Shown here in pieces: positions 1 through 10,652 of a DNA stretch of 64,000 bases. The notes under the pieces are model-generated. The model was not told the DNA's origin. It was given only the letters and a program-made list of their open reading frames with translations, and did no database searches. The stretch comes from Escherichia coli (GTDB lineage: Bacteria; Pseudomonadota; Gammaproteobacteria; Enterobacterales; Enterobacteriaceae), in NCBI RefSeq assembly GCF_013315695.1, contig NZ_CP054353.1; one strand, 5' to 3'. The number at the start of each line of letters is the position of its first letter. The stretch's first letter is position 1. The translations under genes were made by a program, and so were the position numbers.

Positions 1-821
1 CTGCACTTCCAGGGCTTCACGACCGATGAAGTCACGATCTGCCGGTTCCCAGGCGATAGTCCAGCCCATATTGGCGGCTAAAGGAGAGATGGTTTCGTCC
101 ATCTCCTGACTATAAAGATTCATACCCGCTTCCAGACGCAGCGTGTCACGCGCGCCCAGGCCGCATGGCTTAACGCCCGCTTCCACCAGCGCGCGCCAGA
201 AATCCGCCGCTTTTTCATTGGGCAGCGCAATTTCATAGCCCGCTTCACCGGTATAACCAGTGGTGGCAATAAACAGATCGCCCGCCTGCACGCCAAAGAA
301 CGGTTTCATCCCTTCCACCGCCTGACGCTGAGCGTCATTAAACAGTGTGGCAGCTTTTGCCTGCGCATTCGGCCCTTGCACGGCAATCATGGAAAGGTCA
401 TCACGAACGGTAATTTCGATGCCGAAAGGTTCAGCGTGTTGGGTAATCCAGGAGAGGTCTTTTTCGCGGGTGGCGGAGTTAACAACGAGGCGGAAGAAAT
501 CTTCAGTAAAGTAGTAGACGATGAGATCATCTATCACACCGCCAGAGGCATTCAACATCCCCGAGTAAAGGGCTTTGCCGCTTCTGGTGAGTTTCGCCAC
601 ATCGTTCGCCAGCAGATAACGCAGAAACTCCCGGGTGCGGCTGCCGCGAAGATCGACGATGGTCATATGTGACACATCAAACATTCCGGCATCGGTACGT
701 ACCGCATGATGTTCGTCGATTTGCGAACCGTAATGCAGCGGCATCATCCAGCCGTGGAAATCCACCATGCGAGCGCCGCAAAGCGTGTGTTGTTCGTACA
801 AAGGAGTCTGTTGTGCCATCT
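1..821 (-). CDS. gcvT: Glycine cleavage system T protein (aminomethyltransferase), partial; start codon at 821, 3-prime end lies beyond window start
   Basis: Reverse-strand translation from 821 reads [11 protein letters not shown]..., the GcvT N-terminus; ORF runs off the window edge. Confidence 0.9.
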
Positions 822-1266
822 TGTCCTCATTGAATAAGCGGGGCTGACAACTTTTTCATGGTGAAATTATCACCACGAAACCCAGCATCGGAGCCACTCC
901 CGGTCCCCAACGCAATCGTTCTCTTTTGCCTGAACTTACCACCGAAACAGACTGTTAACCATAAGGTAAAATTGATCATCACATTAGCTTATGGTTAAAA
1001 AACGCCAAAATCGCAACAGAATAAAAAACCAAAAAACATACCAGCTTCTATACAAAGATGATGTGATGAGAAAGTTAATTTGAATAAGGCAATATTAAGA
1101 GCTAAAAAAATGTCAAAAAACACTAAATCAAAAAATCATGACATTAGAAAATATAATGCGAAAACGGAGGTGAAATTAGTTTATTTCAAATGAGGAAAAT
1201 CTCCCGGCGAAAAAACCGGGAGATGAAAGTGTGATGGGTATCAAATAAACAACAGAGGAGAAATTT
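822..1266 (-). promoter_or_regulatory. AT-rich gcvTHP upstream control region
   Basis: Long AT-rich non-coding stretch upstream of gcvT start; exact binding sites not resolved by eye. Confidence 0.35.
1193..1223 (-). terminator. Putative intrinsic terminator downstream of ubiI
   Basis: GC hairpin tctcccggcgaaaaaaccgggaga with flanking A/T run just past the ubiI stop. Confidence 0.4.
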
Positions 1267-2469
1267 TTAACGCAGCCATTCAGGCAAATCGTTTAATCCC
1301 ATTGCCTGGCGGATAAGTTGTGGTTTAACGCCAGGAAGCGTGTCGGCCAGTTTCAGACCAATATCACGCAGCAGTTTTTTCGCCGGATTGGTACCGGAAA
1401 ACAGATCGCGAAATCCCTGCATACCAGCCAGCATCAGCGCCGCACTGTGCTTACGGCTACGCTCATAGCGACGCAGGTAAATGTACTGCCCGATGTCTTT
1501 ACCCTGACGATGCAACCGTTTCAGTTCGGCAATCAGCTCTGCAGCATCCATAAAGCCGAGATTTACCCCCTGCCCCGCCAGCGGGTGAATGGTATGCGCG
1601 GCGTCGCCCACCAACGCCAGACGGTGCGCGGCAAATTGGCGCGCATAACGCCCCGTCAGTGGGAACACCTGACGCGCGCTCTCAACCTTGCATAAGCCAA
1701 GGCGATTATCAAAAGCGATATTTAACGCGCGATTAAATTCGTCTTCACTTGCCTGCTGCATCCGCTGCGCTTCCTCTGGCGACAGTGACCAGACAATCGA
1801 GCAAAGATGCGGATCGCTAAGCGGTAAAAAGGCCAGAATGCCTTCGCCATGGAAAACCTGCCGCGCCGCCGCATCATGCGGTTCTTCCGTGCGAATGGTC
1901 GCCACCAGCGCGTGATGCTGATAATCCCAGAAGGTCAGCGGAATATCGGCTTTGTTGCGCAACCAGGAATTAGCGCCGTCCGCGCCAATCACCAGACGCG
2001 CCGTTAACATGCTGCCATCTTTCAGCGTCAGGAAGGTTTCATTTTCTCCCCAGGCGACCTGCTGTAATTCTGCGGGGGCCAACAGAGTGATATCTGACGA
2101 CTGCTGCGCTTTGTTCCACAGCGCGTAGTGAATCACTGAGTTTTCAACGATATGCCCAAGATGGCTATAGCCCATGCTTTGATCGTCAAACGAAATGTGA
2201 CCAAAACTGTCTTTGTCCCACACTTCCATACCGTGATAACAACTGGCCCTACGAGAGAGAATGTCCTGCCAGACGCCAAGACGGGTGAGTAATTTTTCGC
2301 TGGCGGCATTGATAGCCGAAACGCGCAGTTGTGGTGGTGCATCCGCCGCCAGAGGTTCCGGTACGCGCTGCTCCAGTACGGCAACGCGTAAGCCGCTCCC
2401 CTGTAAGCCGCAGGCAACCGCCAGCCCCACCATGCCGCCACCAACAATGGCTACATCAACACTTTGCAT
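1267..2469 (-). CDS. ubiI: FAD-dependent 2-octaprenylphenol hydroxylase (400 aa)
   Basis: ORF product MQSVDVAIVGGGMVGLAVAC... with FAD-binding GGGxxG N-terminus; position upstream of ubiH as in E. coli. Confidence 0.93.
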   Translation of the reverse strand: MQSVDVAIVGGGMVGLAVACGLQGSGLRVAVLEQRVPEPLAADAPPQLRVSAINAASEKLLTRLGVWQDILSRRASCYHGMEVWDKDSFGHISFDDQSMGYSHLGHIVENSVIHYALWNKAQQSSDITLLAPAELQQVAWGENETFLTLKDGSMLTARLVIGADGANSWLRNKADIPLTFWDYQHHALVATIRTEEPHDAAARQVFHGEGILAFLPLSDPHLCSIVWSLSPEEAQRMQQASEDEFNRALNIAFDNRLGLCKVESARQVFPLTGRYARQFAAHRLALVGDAAHTIHPLAGQGVNLGFMDAAELIAELKRLHRQGKDIGQYIYLRRYERSRKHSAALMLAGMQGFRDLFSGTNPAKKLLRDIGLKLADTLPGVKPQLIRQAMGLNDLPEWLR

Positions 2470-2491
2470 TGTTTATTCCTTAAAACCGCCT

Positions 2492-3670
2492 TCAACGCGC
2501 CACCCAACCGAGGGTGCGCTGCGCCAGCACATCGCGTGCCGGGGTAAATAATTCCATCGTCATCAGCCCGATGTTGCGCCCGACAACCAGCGGGGTCCAA
2601 CGGTTGGCAAAAAGATGTACAAGGCTGTCCGTGACGCCGATGGTTGCTTCGCGATCGCTCTGTCGACGCTGCTGATAACGGCACAATACGCCGTAATCAC
2701 CCATGTCTTCTCCGCGCTCCTGCGCCTGAGTCAGGGTTTCTGCAAGGCTCATCACATCACGCATACCGAGGTTGAACCCTTGCCCGGCGATGGGGTGCAG
2801 AGTTTGCGCCGCATTGCCCACCAGCACAGTGCGATGGGTAATCGGTCTGGCGGCGCGGGTTAATGCCAGCGGATAAGCACTGCGTTTACCGGCGTGGGTA
2901 ATTTGCCCCAGTCGCCAGCCAAAGGCAGACTGGAGTTCACGGCAAAACTTCTCGTCGCTCCACGACAGCACCTCTTCGCGCCGTTCCAGTGGATGACACC
3001 AGACCAGCGAACAGCGTCCGTCAGACATCGGCAACATCGCCAGCGGGCCATGTTTCGTGAAGCGTTCAAAAGCGCGGCCTTCGTGCGCAACGGAAGTCGC
3101 AACGTTAGCAATCACAGCCAGTTGTTCGTAAGGCTCCTGCTGCCAGTCAACGCCGCACACAGTGGCTAACGCTGAATGGGTGCCATCAGCGGCTACCAGC
3201 ACGCAGCCCGTCAGCGTCTCGCCGCTCTCCAGCGTCACTTCAACGTGACTCTGAGTACGGGCAACGTTAGCCACGCGATCAGGGCAATGCAGCGTTACGC
3301 CAGGTGCTTTGCGCAGCAATGCAAACAGCCGTTGCCCGACATTATGCAATTCGACAACCTGCCCCAGCGCCGCCAGTTGGTAATCTTCTGCGGCGAGGGT
3401 GACGAATCCGGCATGACCACGATCGCTGACATGCACGCTGGTGATGGCGGTTGCGCAATCAGCCAGAGATTGCCAGACGCCGATGCGCGCCAGTTGCTGA
3501 CAAGTGCCCGCCGCCAGCGCAATAGCCCGTCCATCAAAGCCCGGATGAGCATGTGACTCTGGCGCAGTCGCTTCAATCAAATGTACCGGCAGCGCCCCGT
3601 GACTTAACCGGGAAATAGCCAGCGCCAGCGTCGCGCCCGCCATGCCGCCACCGACGATGATTACGCTCAT
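2492..3670 (-). CDS. ubiH: 2-octaprenyl-6-methoxyphenol hydroxylase (392 aa)
   Basis: ORF product MSVIIVGGGMAGATLALA...; flavin monooxygenase; start overlaps pepP stop. Confidence 0.93.
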   Translation of the reverse strand: MSVIIVGGGMAGATLALAISRLSHGALPVHLIEATAPESHAHPGFDGRAIALAAGTCQQLARIGVWQSLADCATAITSVHVSDRGHAGFVTLAAEDYQLAALGQVVELHNVGQRLFALLRKAPGVTLHCPDRVANVARTQSHVEVTLESGETLTGCVLVAADGTHSALATVCGVDWQQEPYEQLAVIANVATSVAHEGRAFERFTKHGPLAMLPMSDGRCSLVWCHPLERREEVLSWSDEKFCRELQSAFGWRLGQITHAGKRSAYPLALTRAARPITHRTVLVGNAAQTLHPIAGQGFNLGMRDVMSLAETLTQAQERGEDMGDYGVLCRYQQRRQSDREATIGVTDSLVHLFANRWTPLVVGRNIGLMTMELFTPARDVLAQRTLGWVAR

Positions 3671-4992
3671 TGCTTTCTCGCAGCAGCCATCAACGCTTCG
3701 ATTTCTTCCGGCTTTTTCACCACGCTGGCGGTGAGGTTTTCGTTGCCGTTTTCGGTAATCACAATGTCGTCTTCAATACGAATGCCGATACCGCGATATT
3801 GTTCTGGCACATCCGCATCCGGCGCGATATACAGACCAGGCTCTACGGTCAGTACCATCCCCGGTTCCAGAATGCGCGAGCGATCCTGACCATAAACGCC
3901 AACGTCATGGACATCCAGTCCTAACCAGTGGCTAAGGCCGTGCATAAAGAAAGGACGATGGGCGTTCTGAGCGATCAGTTCATCAACATCACCTTTCAGG
4001 ATGCCGAGTTTTACCAGGCCGCTAACCATGATGCGCACCACTTCACCAGTGACTTCCTGCATGGAAGTTCCCGGACGATACAGGCGCAGGCTGGTTTCAA
4101 GAGACTCCAGCACAATGTCGTAGATTTCACGCTGGGCCTGGGTGAATTTGCCGTTGACCGGGAAGGTGCGGGTAATATCGCCCGCGTAACCTTTGTATTC
4201 ACAACCCGCGTCAATCAACACCAGGTCACCGTCGCGCATTTCACACTCGTTTTCGGTGTAGTGCAGAATGCAACCGTTTTCACCGCTGCCGACAATGGTG
4301 TTATAGGAAGGATAGCGCGCACCGTGGCGGTTAAATTCGTGGTGAATTTCGCCTTCCAGATGGTACTCGAACATTCCCGGACGGCATTTTTCCATCGCCC
4401 GGGTATGCGCCAGGGCGGTGATTTCTCCCGCGCGGCGGAGTACGGCAATCTCTTCTGGCGATTTGAACAGGCGCATTTCATGGACCATGGGACGCCAGTC
4501 GATCATCGTTGCTGGCGCGGTGAGATTTTGTCGCGAGCCTTTACGCAGCTTTTCCAGCGCGCTGTTCACGATTTCATCAGCATATGCATATTCGCCCTGG
4601 GCGTGGTAAACCACATCCAGACCATTAAGTAGTTGATAAAGTTGCTGATTAATTTCGCTGAATGCCAGTGCGCGGTCAACGCCCAGTTTCTCTGGCGCGG
4701 CATCCTGGCCTAAGCGACGACCAAACCAGATCTCTGCTGTCAGGTCGCGAACGCGGTTAAACAAAACGCTGTGGTTATGAGTGTCGTCACTTTTAATCAG
4801 CACCAGCACCGCTTCCGGTTCGTTAAAGCCGGTGAAGTACCAGAAGTCACTGTTCTGACGATAGGGGTATTCGCTGTCGGCGCTACGTGTTACTTCTGGT
4901 GCAGCAAAAATCAGCGCGGCGCTGCCGGGTTGCATTTGCTCCACCAGGGCCTGACGGCGACGCTGAAACTCTTGCCGGGATATCTCACTCAT
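3667..4992 (-). CDS. pepP: Xaa-Pro aminopeptidase (441 aa)
   Basis: Internal start MSEISRQEFQRRRQALVEQ... chosen inside the 512-aa ORF; cat at 4990-4992 on plus strand; length matches PepP. Confidence 0.93.
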   Translation of the reverse strand: MSEISRQEFQRRRQALVEQMQPGSAALIFAAPEVTRSADSEYPYRQNSDFWYFTGFNEPEAVLVLIKSDDTHNHSVLFNRVRDLTAEIWFGRRLGQDAAPEKLGVDRALAFSEINQQLYQLLNGLDVVYHAQGEYAYADEIVNSALEKLRKGSRQNLTAPATMIDWRPMVHEMRLFKSPEEIAVLRRAGEITALAHTRAMEKCRPGMFEYHLEGEIHHEFNRHGARYPSYNTIVGSGENGCILHYTENECEMRDGDLVLIDAGCEYKGYAGDITRTFPVNGKFTQAQREIYDIVLESLETSLRLYRPGTSMQEVTGEVVRIMVSGLVKLGILKGDVDELIAQNAHRPFFMHGLSHWLGLDVHDVGVYGQDRSRILEPGMVLTVEPGLYIAPDADVPEQYRGIGIRIEDDIVITENGNENLTASVVKKPEEIEALMAAARKQ

Positions 4993-5017
4993 AACACTCT
5001 CCTTACGTTTTTTGTTT

Positions 5018-5596
5018 TTAGTGTAGAGTCGGTTTTTGTACTTCTGGCGCGGTCGGTTGCGGATGAGTAAAGGTGTCGTGGCATAACAACGCGGCAACAC
5101 GAACGTATTCGATGATCTCTTCAAGCGACATTTCAAGCTCTTCCTGATCTTCGTCTTCGTCGTAGCCCAGCTGCGCGATGTTACGCAGATCGTCGATGGC
5201 TTCACCGGTTTCTCCGGTCACTTTGTCCAGCTTCGGTTGCGTAACGCCAAGACCAAGCAGGAAGTGATTGACCCAACCTGCCAGCGCATCAGCCCGATCG
5301 AAAACGCTGACATCATCGCCATCAGGCAGATAAAGCTGAAAAAGGAAGCCGTCATCCTGCAGGGCATCGCTGGTGGCAGAGTGCATTTTACGCAGTGCCT
5401 GTGCCAGCTCATGACCGAAAGCCATGCCTTCGTTCGTCAGGTCGTGAAGTAGCGGCAGCCATGAGCTGTCATCGTTACCGCCACATATCATCCCACTGAT
5501 TAAACCATGCATCTCAGCAGGGGTCAGACCCGTCCCTTGTTGGTTCAGATACTGGTTCATTTCGTTGTAACCAGGCATTTCGTTCTGTATAGACAT
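5018..5596 (-). CDS. ygfB: UPF0149 family protein YgfB (192 aa)
   Basis: ORF product M(LM)[30 protein letters not shown]...; start taken at MSIQ. Confidence 0.85.
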
Positions 5597-5697
5597 AAGC
5601 ATTCGTCGTCAAAGGGAGGAATATTCATGATATGCTACCACTTTGGGCCCTGGTGGACCAGAAAAGGGCTTGTCTCTTCTCATCAGGGTAGCTATAG

Positions 5698-6093
<396 letters not shown>

Positions 6094-6134
6094 CACTTTT
6101 CGGTTTACTGTGGTAGAGTAACCGTGAAGACAAA

Positions 6135-6318
6135 ATTTCTCTGAGATGTTCGCAAGCGGGCCAGTCCCCTGAGCCGATATTTCATACCACAAGAATGTGG
6201 CGCTCCGCGGTTGGTGAGCATGCTCGGTCCGTCCGAGAAGCCTTAAAACTGCGACGACACATTCACCTTGAACCAAGGGTTCAAGGGTTACAGCCTGCGG
6301 CGGCATCTCGGAGATTCC
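6135..6318 (+). ncRNA. ssrS: 6S RNA
   Basis: Sequence atttctctgagatgttcgcaagcgggccagtcccctgagccgatatttcatacc...ggcatctcggagattccc matches recalled 6S RNA; lies between zapA and fau; 3-prime end approximate. Confidence 0.9.
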
Positions 6319-6392
6319 CTTCTTATCTGGCACCAGCCATGACGCAACTACCAGAACTTCCACTGACATTATCCCGACAAGAAATCCGCAAA

Positions 6393-6941
6393 ATGATTCG
6401 GCAACGTCGTCGTGCGTTAACGCCGGAACAACAGCAGGAAATGGGTCAACAAGCCGCTACCCGGATGATGACTTATCCCCCGGTGGTGATGGCACATACG
6501 GTCGCTGTATTCCTCTCTTTTGATGGCGAACTCGACACCCAGCCACTCATAGAACAACTCTGGCGCGCCGGTAAGCGCGTATATCTTCCAGTTTTGCATC
6601 CCTTTAGTGCCGGTAACTTGCTGTTCCTGAATTACCATCCGCAAAGCGAACTGGTGATGAACAGGTTGAAGATCCATGAGCCAAAACTGGATGTGCGTGA
6701 CGTGCTACCCCTTTCCCGATTAGACGTGTTGATCACACCGCTGGTCGCCTTTGATGAGTACGGCCAGCGCCTGGGAATGGGCGGTGGTTTTTATGATCGG
6801 ACCTTACAAAACTGGCAGCACTATAAAATGCAACCGGTGGGTTATGCGCATGATTGTCAGTTGGTGGAAAAACTCCCCGTTGAAGAGTGGGATATCCCTC
6901 TTCCTGCGGTGGTTACACCGTCGAAAGTCTGGGAGTGGTAA
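6393..6941 (+). CDS. fau: 5-formyltetrahydrofolate cyclo-ligase (182 aa)
   Basis: Internal start MIRQRRRALTPEQQQEMGQQAA... inside longer ORF that overlaps 6S RNA; immediately downstream of ssrS as in the known ssrS-ygfA operon. Confidence 0.85.
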   Translation: MIRQRRRALTPEQQQEMGQQAATRMMTYPPVVMAHTVAVFLSFDGELDTQPLIEQLWRAGKRVYLPVLHPFSAGNLLFLNYHPQSELVMNRLKIHEPKLDVRDVLPLSRLDVLITPLVAFDEYGQRLGMGGGFYDRTLQNWQHYKMQPVGYAHDCQLVEKLPVEEWDIPLPAVVTPSKVWEW

Positions 6942-6997
6942 GGGCGACACACCTGCATCGCCCTGATTGACATCGTTGATTCTTTAACCTAATTTAG

Positions 6998-7140
6998 TGA
7001 GTAAGGGTAAGGGAGGATGACTCCTCCCCTGAGACTGACTGTTAATAAGCTGGGAAACTTATGAGTAACAGTACAATCAGTATGATGACAAGTCGCATCA
7101 TAACCCTTCTCCTTCAAGCCCTCGCTTCGGTGAGGGCTTT
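6998..7140 (+). ncRNA. sibC: SibC antisense sRNA (antitoxin of ibsC); boundaries approximate
   Basis: Plus-strand region fully antisense to ibsC, ending in hairpin gccctcgcttcggtgagggc plus ttt at 7118-7140; locus between fau and serA. Confidence 0.45.
7042..7101 (-). CDS. ibsC: Type I toxin peptide IbsC (19 aa, hydrophobic)
   Basis: Reverse strand reads ATG ATG CGA CTT GTC ATC ATA CTG ATT GTA CTG TTA CTC ATA AGT TTC CCA GCT TAT TAA = MMRLVIILIVLLLISFPAY. Confidence 0.8.
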   Translation of the reverse strand: MMRLVIILIVLLLISFPAY

Positions 7141-7265
7141 ACCGTTACAGCCCCATGCTGCCCTGCCATCGTAAATCCCCATTAAATAAACACAACGCAT
7201 TGATCTGACTTTGATTTATTTTCTGGAGCAGACTCGCAAAGTAGAATGCGCAATGCGGCAACGGT

Positions 7266-7299
7266 GTGGAGAAGGGATAAAAAAATCGGGCAAGTCAGT
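7266..7299 (-). terminator. Intrinsic terminator of serA
   Basis: Hairpin cgggcaagtcagtgacctgcccg with adjacent A-run on plus strand (U-run on serA transcript) just past serA stop. Confidence 0.5.
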
Positions 7300-7330
7300 G
7301 ACCTGCCCGTTGATTTTCAGAGAAGGGGAT

Positions 7331-8563
7331 TTAGTACAGCAGACGGGCGCGAATGGTACCCGGAATAGCTTTCATTGCCTGCAGCGCTTTTTCGGCAACG
7401 TCTTCGTCGGCTTCAATATCAATAACTACATAACCCATCTGGGCGGAAGTTTGCAGATATTGCGCGGCGATGTTGACGCCCTGCTCGGCAAAAATTTTGT
7501 TGAGCGCAGTTAGCACGCCCGGACGGTTTTCGTGGATGTGCATCAGACGACGCCCACCGTGCAGTGGCAGCGAGACTTCCGGGAAGTTCACCGCAGAGAG
7601 CGTTGAGCCATTGTCAGAATACTTGATCAATTTACCCGCAACTTCCAGGCCGATATTCTCCTGCGCTTCCTGAGTCGAACCGCCAATGTGTGGCGTCAGA
7701 AGGACATTGTCAAATTCACACAGCGGAGAGGTAAATGGATCGCTGTTGGTCGCCGGTTCCGTCGGGAATACGTCGATTGCCGCCCCCGCCAGATGTTTGC
7801 TCGCCAGCGCGTCACACAGTGCCGGAATATCCACCACAGTACCGCGCGAAGCATTAATCAGCAGCGAGCCGGGCTTCATTAGTGAAATCTCTTTCGCACC
7901 CATCATATTTTTGGTGGACGGATTCTCTGGCACATGTAGACTCACCACATCGCTCATATTCAGCAGGTCAGAAAGATGCTGTACCTGAGTGGCGTTGCCC
8001 AGCGGCAGTTTGTTTTCAATATCATAAAAGTAAACATACATTCCCAGCGATTCAGCCAGAATGCCCAATTGAGTACCAATATGACCATAGCCGATGATAC
8101 CCAGCTTTTTGCCGCGCGCTTCAAAAGAACCCGCCGCCAGTTTGTTCCACACGCCACGGTGCGCTTTAGCATTGGCTTCCGGCACGCCGCGCAATAGCAG
8201 CAGCAGTTCGCCAATCACCAGCTCCGCAACAGAGCGCGTATTTGAGAACGGTGCGTTAAATACCGGGATACCGCGTTTTGCCGCCGCATCCAGATCAACC
8301 TGGTTTGTTCCGATACAGAAACAGCCAATAGCGACCAGTTTTTCTGCGGCGTTGATCACGTCTTCAGTCAGATGGGTACGGGATCGCAGGCCGATGAAGT
8401 GGGCATCGCGGATGGATTCTTTTAATTGTTCATCATCCAGCGCGCCTTTGTGAAATTCGATGTTGGTGTAACCCGCTGCACGAAGGCTTTCAAGCGCCTT
8501 TTGGTGCACGCCTTCTACCAGCAGAAACTTAATCTTGTCTTTCTCCAGCGATACCTTTGCCAT
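7331..8563 (-). CDS. serA: D-3-phosphoglycerate dehydrogenase (410 aa)
   Basis: ORF product MAKVSLEKDKIKFLLVEGVHQKALESLRAAGYTNIEFHKG... full length. Confidence 0.97.
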   Translation of the reverse strand: MAKVSLEKDKIKFLLVEGVHQKALESLRAAGYTNIEFHKGALDDEQLKESIRDAHFIGLRSRTHLTEDVINAAEKLVAIGCFCIGTNQVDLDAAAKRGIPVFNAPFSNTRSVAELVIGELLLLLRGVPEANAKAHRGVWNKLAAGSFEARGKKLGIIGYGHIGTQLGILAESLGMYVYFYDIENKLPLGNATQVQHLSDLLNMSDVVSLHVPENPSTKNMMGAKEISLMKPGSLLINASRGTVVDIPALCDALASKHLAGAAIDVFPTEPATNSDPFTSPLCEFDNVLLTPHIGGSTQEAQENIGLEVAGKLIKYSDNGSTLSAVNFPEVSLPLHGGRRLMHIHENRPGVLTALNKIFAEQGVNIAAQYLQTSAQMGYVVIDIEADEDVAEKALQAMKAIPGTIRARLLY

Positions 8564-8818
8564 TTACCCAATCCTGTCTTTTGAAATGTTGTGTGCGGAT
8601 TTGCATCCGCCTTTCAACATATCAAAAAATAATATTGCGGCAATATGAACGTTTGCGTCGCGATGTTGAGGAAATATCACGCAAAGGTATTTCTTGGATG
8701 AATATGCTGGTTTAGAGGATTTATTTAGAGCAATCGACAATAGCCAGGTAAAAACGTGACACATGTCACCAAATTTAATGAAGAGAATTTTTTTAACGGG
8801 GGAGGTTCCCCCGTCAGA

Positions 8819-9478
8819 TCATTTCACAATGGTTTTGACACCGTCAGGTGTGCCAATCAGCGCAACGTCCGCGCCACGGTTAGCAAACAAGCCAACAGTC
8901 ACCACGCCAGGAATCGCATTTATGGCGTTTTCCATCGCTATCGGGTCAAGGATTTCCATGCCGTGGACGTCGAGGATCACGTTGCCGTTATCGGTCACCA
9001 CGCCCTGACGGTATTCCGGACGACCGCCCAGTTTCACCAGCTGGCGCGCCACTGCACTACGTGCCATCGGGATAACTTCTACTGGCAGCGGGAATTTGCC
9101 CAGAATATCAACCTGCTTAGAAGCGTCTGCAATACAGATAAATTTTTCCGCAACCGAAGCAATGATTTTTTCACGGGTCAGCGCCGCGCCGCCGCCTTTG
9201 ATCATTTGCATGTGGCCGTTGATTTCATCTGCGCCATCAACGTAGATGCCAAGGCTGTCGACTTCGTTGAGATCAAAAACGTGAATGCCGAGGCTTTTCA
9301 GTTTTTCAGTGGAAGCATCTGAACTGGAAACGGCCCCTTCAATCTGGCCTTTCATTGTACCGAGCGCGTCAATAAAGTGTGCGGCGGTGGAACCTGTACC
9401 TACACCAACAATGGTGCCGGGCTGAACATACTGAAGTGCCGCCCATCCTACTGCTTTTTTCAATTCATCCTGCGTCAT
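8819..9478 (-). CDS. rpiA: Ribose-5-phosphate isomerase A (219 aa)
   Basis: Internal start [35 protein letters not shown]... Confidence 0.95.
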
Positions 9479-9515
9479 GATCGTTTCGCCTGTGGTATGA
9501 AATTTCACACGCATT

Positions 9516-9641
9516 ATACTCTAAATAATTCGAGTTGCAGGAAGGCGATAAGAGAGTGAATCCCCAGGAGCTTACAGAAGTAAGTGACTGGGGTGAGCGA
9601 ACGCAGACGCAGCACATGCAACTTGAAGTATGACGAGTATA
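9516..9641. repeat. ERIC/IRU intergenic repeat, copy 1 (126 bp)
   Basis: Contains gtgaatccccaggagcttacagaagtaagtgactggggtgagcg; near-identical in inverted orientation to 25169-25293. Confidence 0.75.
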
Positions 9642-9655
9642 TACAAAAAAGCGAG

Positions 9656-10552
9656 TCAGACCCCGCTGACAAGTCGCGTGGTTAACTCATCCATAAAATA
9701 TCGTGCTATGGCGGGCATCCCCTTTTGCCCGGCAAATAAAGCATACAACGGTCTGGGTATGCCGCTCCACGGTGCAAACAGGCGCACCAGTTCACCGTTC
9801 GCAAGCCCCTGTTTACAGGCAAATTGAGGCAATAACGCCACGCCATTCCCACCAAGCACTGCCTGCAACATGACACGAATGTTATTTGTCTGCAAACGCG
9901 CCTCAGGCTGCAACGTAATCTCCTGTTCGCCATTAATTAACTGCCACTGGCTCCCGCCATTGTTTGTCAGGCGAAGGATCCCGTCGACGCGGTTAAGATC
10001 GTCAATGGCCTTCACCTGCGGATGGCGGGCCAGCCACTGCGAACTGGCAACTAAAATATCGGCCTGAGTATGTAATTTTTTATAATGCAGCGTCGAGTCC
10101 GCAAGCGCGCCGGAAGCCGTAACCAGCGCAATATCAATGCCTTCAGCGACCATATCCACCGGGCGATTAATTGCCAGCATTTGCACCTTCGCCAGGGGCC
10201 AGCGGGCGATAAATTCACTGACGAACTCACCAAACCATGTTTCAGCCATAAATACCGGCGCGCTGACGCGCAGCATTCCCTGTGGGCTTTCCTGGGCGGC
10301 CATCACCACCGCTCTGGCCCGTTCCCCCTGAGCCACCAGCGCCCGACACTCGACAGCAAACTGTTCCCCTGCCGCCGTCAGGGCCAGACGCCGCGTAGTT
10401 CGCTGAATAAGCCTCACGCCGAGGCGCTCTTCCAGCGCTGCCATTCGACGGCTTAATACCGATTTCGACACACCCGCACGCAGCGCCGCCTGGCTGTAGC
10501 TGCCTTCATCGGCAATCAGGGCAAAGTAGTAGTAATCATTCCAGTCGATCAT
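9656..10552 (-). CDS. LysR-family transcriptional regulator (298 aa), divergent from the downstream reductase operon
   Basis: ORF product with N-terminal HTH (YSQAALRAGVSKSVLSRRMAALEERLGVRLIQRTTR) and LysR substrate-binding region; K-12 has only a LysR-type pseudogene remnant here as I recall. Confidence 0.85.
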   Translation of the reverse strand: MIDWNDYYYFALIADEGSYSQAALRAGVSKSVLSRRMAALEERLGVRLIQRTTRRLALTAAGEQFAVECRALVAQGERARAVVMAAQESPQGMLRVSAPVFMAETWFGEFVSEFIARWPLAKVQMLAINRPVDMVAEGIDIALVTASGALADSTLHYKKLHTQADILVASSQWLARHPQVKAIDDLNRVDGILRLTNNGGSQWQLINGEQEITLQPEARLQTNNIRVMLQAVLGGNGVALLPQFACKQGLANGELVRLFAPWSGIPRPLYALFAGQKGMPAIARYFMDELTTRLVSGV

Positions 10553-10652
10553 GATTGTTCTATTTTCACAACAATGAAGTTCAATTATGACTATTTAATC
10601 ACCATGTCAACAACAGTTAAACTTCTCTCATCGCAGAAATGAGAGCAAACCC

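Noticed and set aside
3928-4632. 234-aa plus-strand ORF
   Set aside because: Antisense to pepP; the sense-strand gene fully accounts for this region
4993-5205. N-terminal extension of the pepP ORF (512 aa in the track), and similar extensions for fbaA, pgk, epd, tktA, yggR, rpiA
   Set aside because: Internal ATGs reproduce the well-known protein N-termini and lengths; the extensions run through upstream genes or intergenic DNA
8756-8818. Hairpin acgggggaggttcccccgt downstream of rpiA as an intrinsic terminator
   Set aside because: The run following the hairpin on the rpiA transcript is A-rich rather than U-rich, so it is not a canonical terminator in that orientation
9479-9655. Novel sRNA in the rpiA upstream region
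   Set aside because: The conserved structured sequence here is explained by an ERIC/IRU repeat with a second copy at 25169-25293
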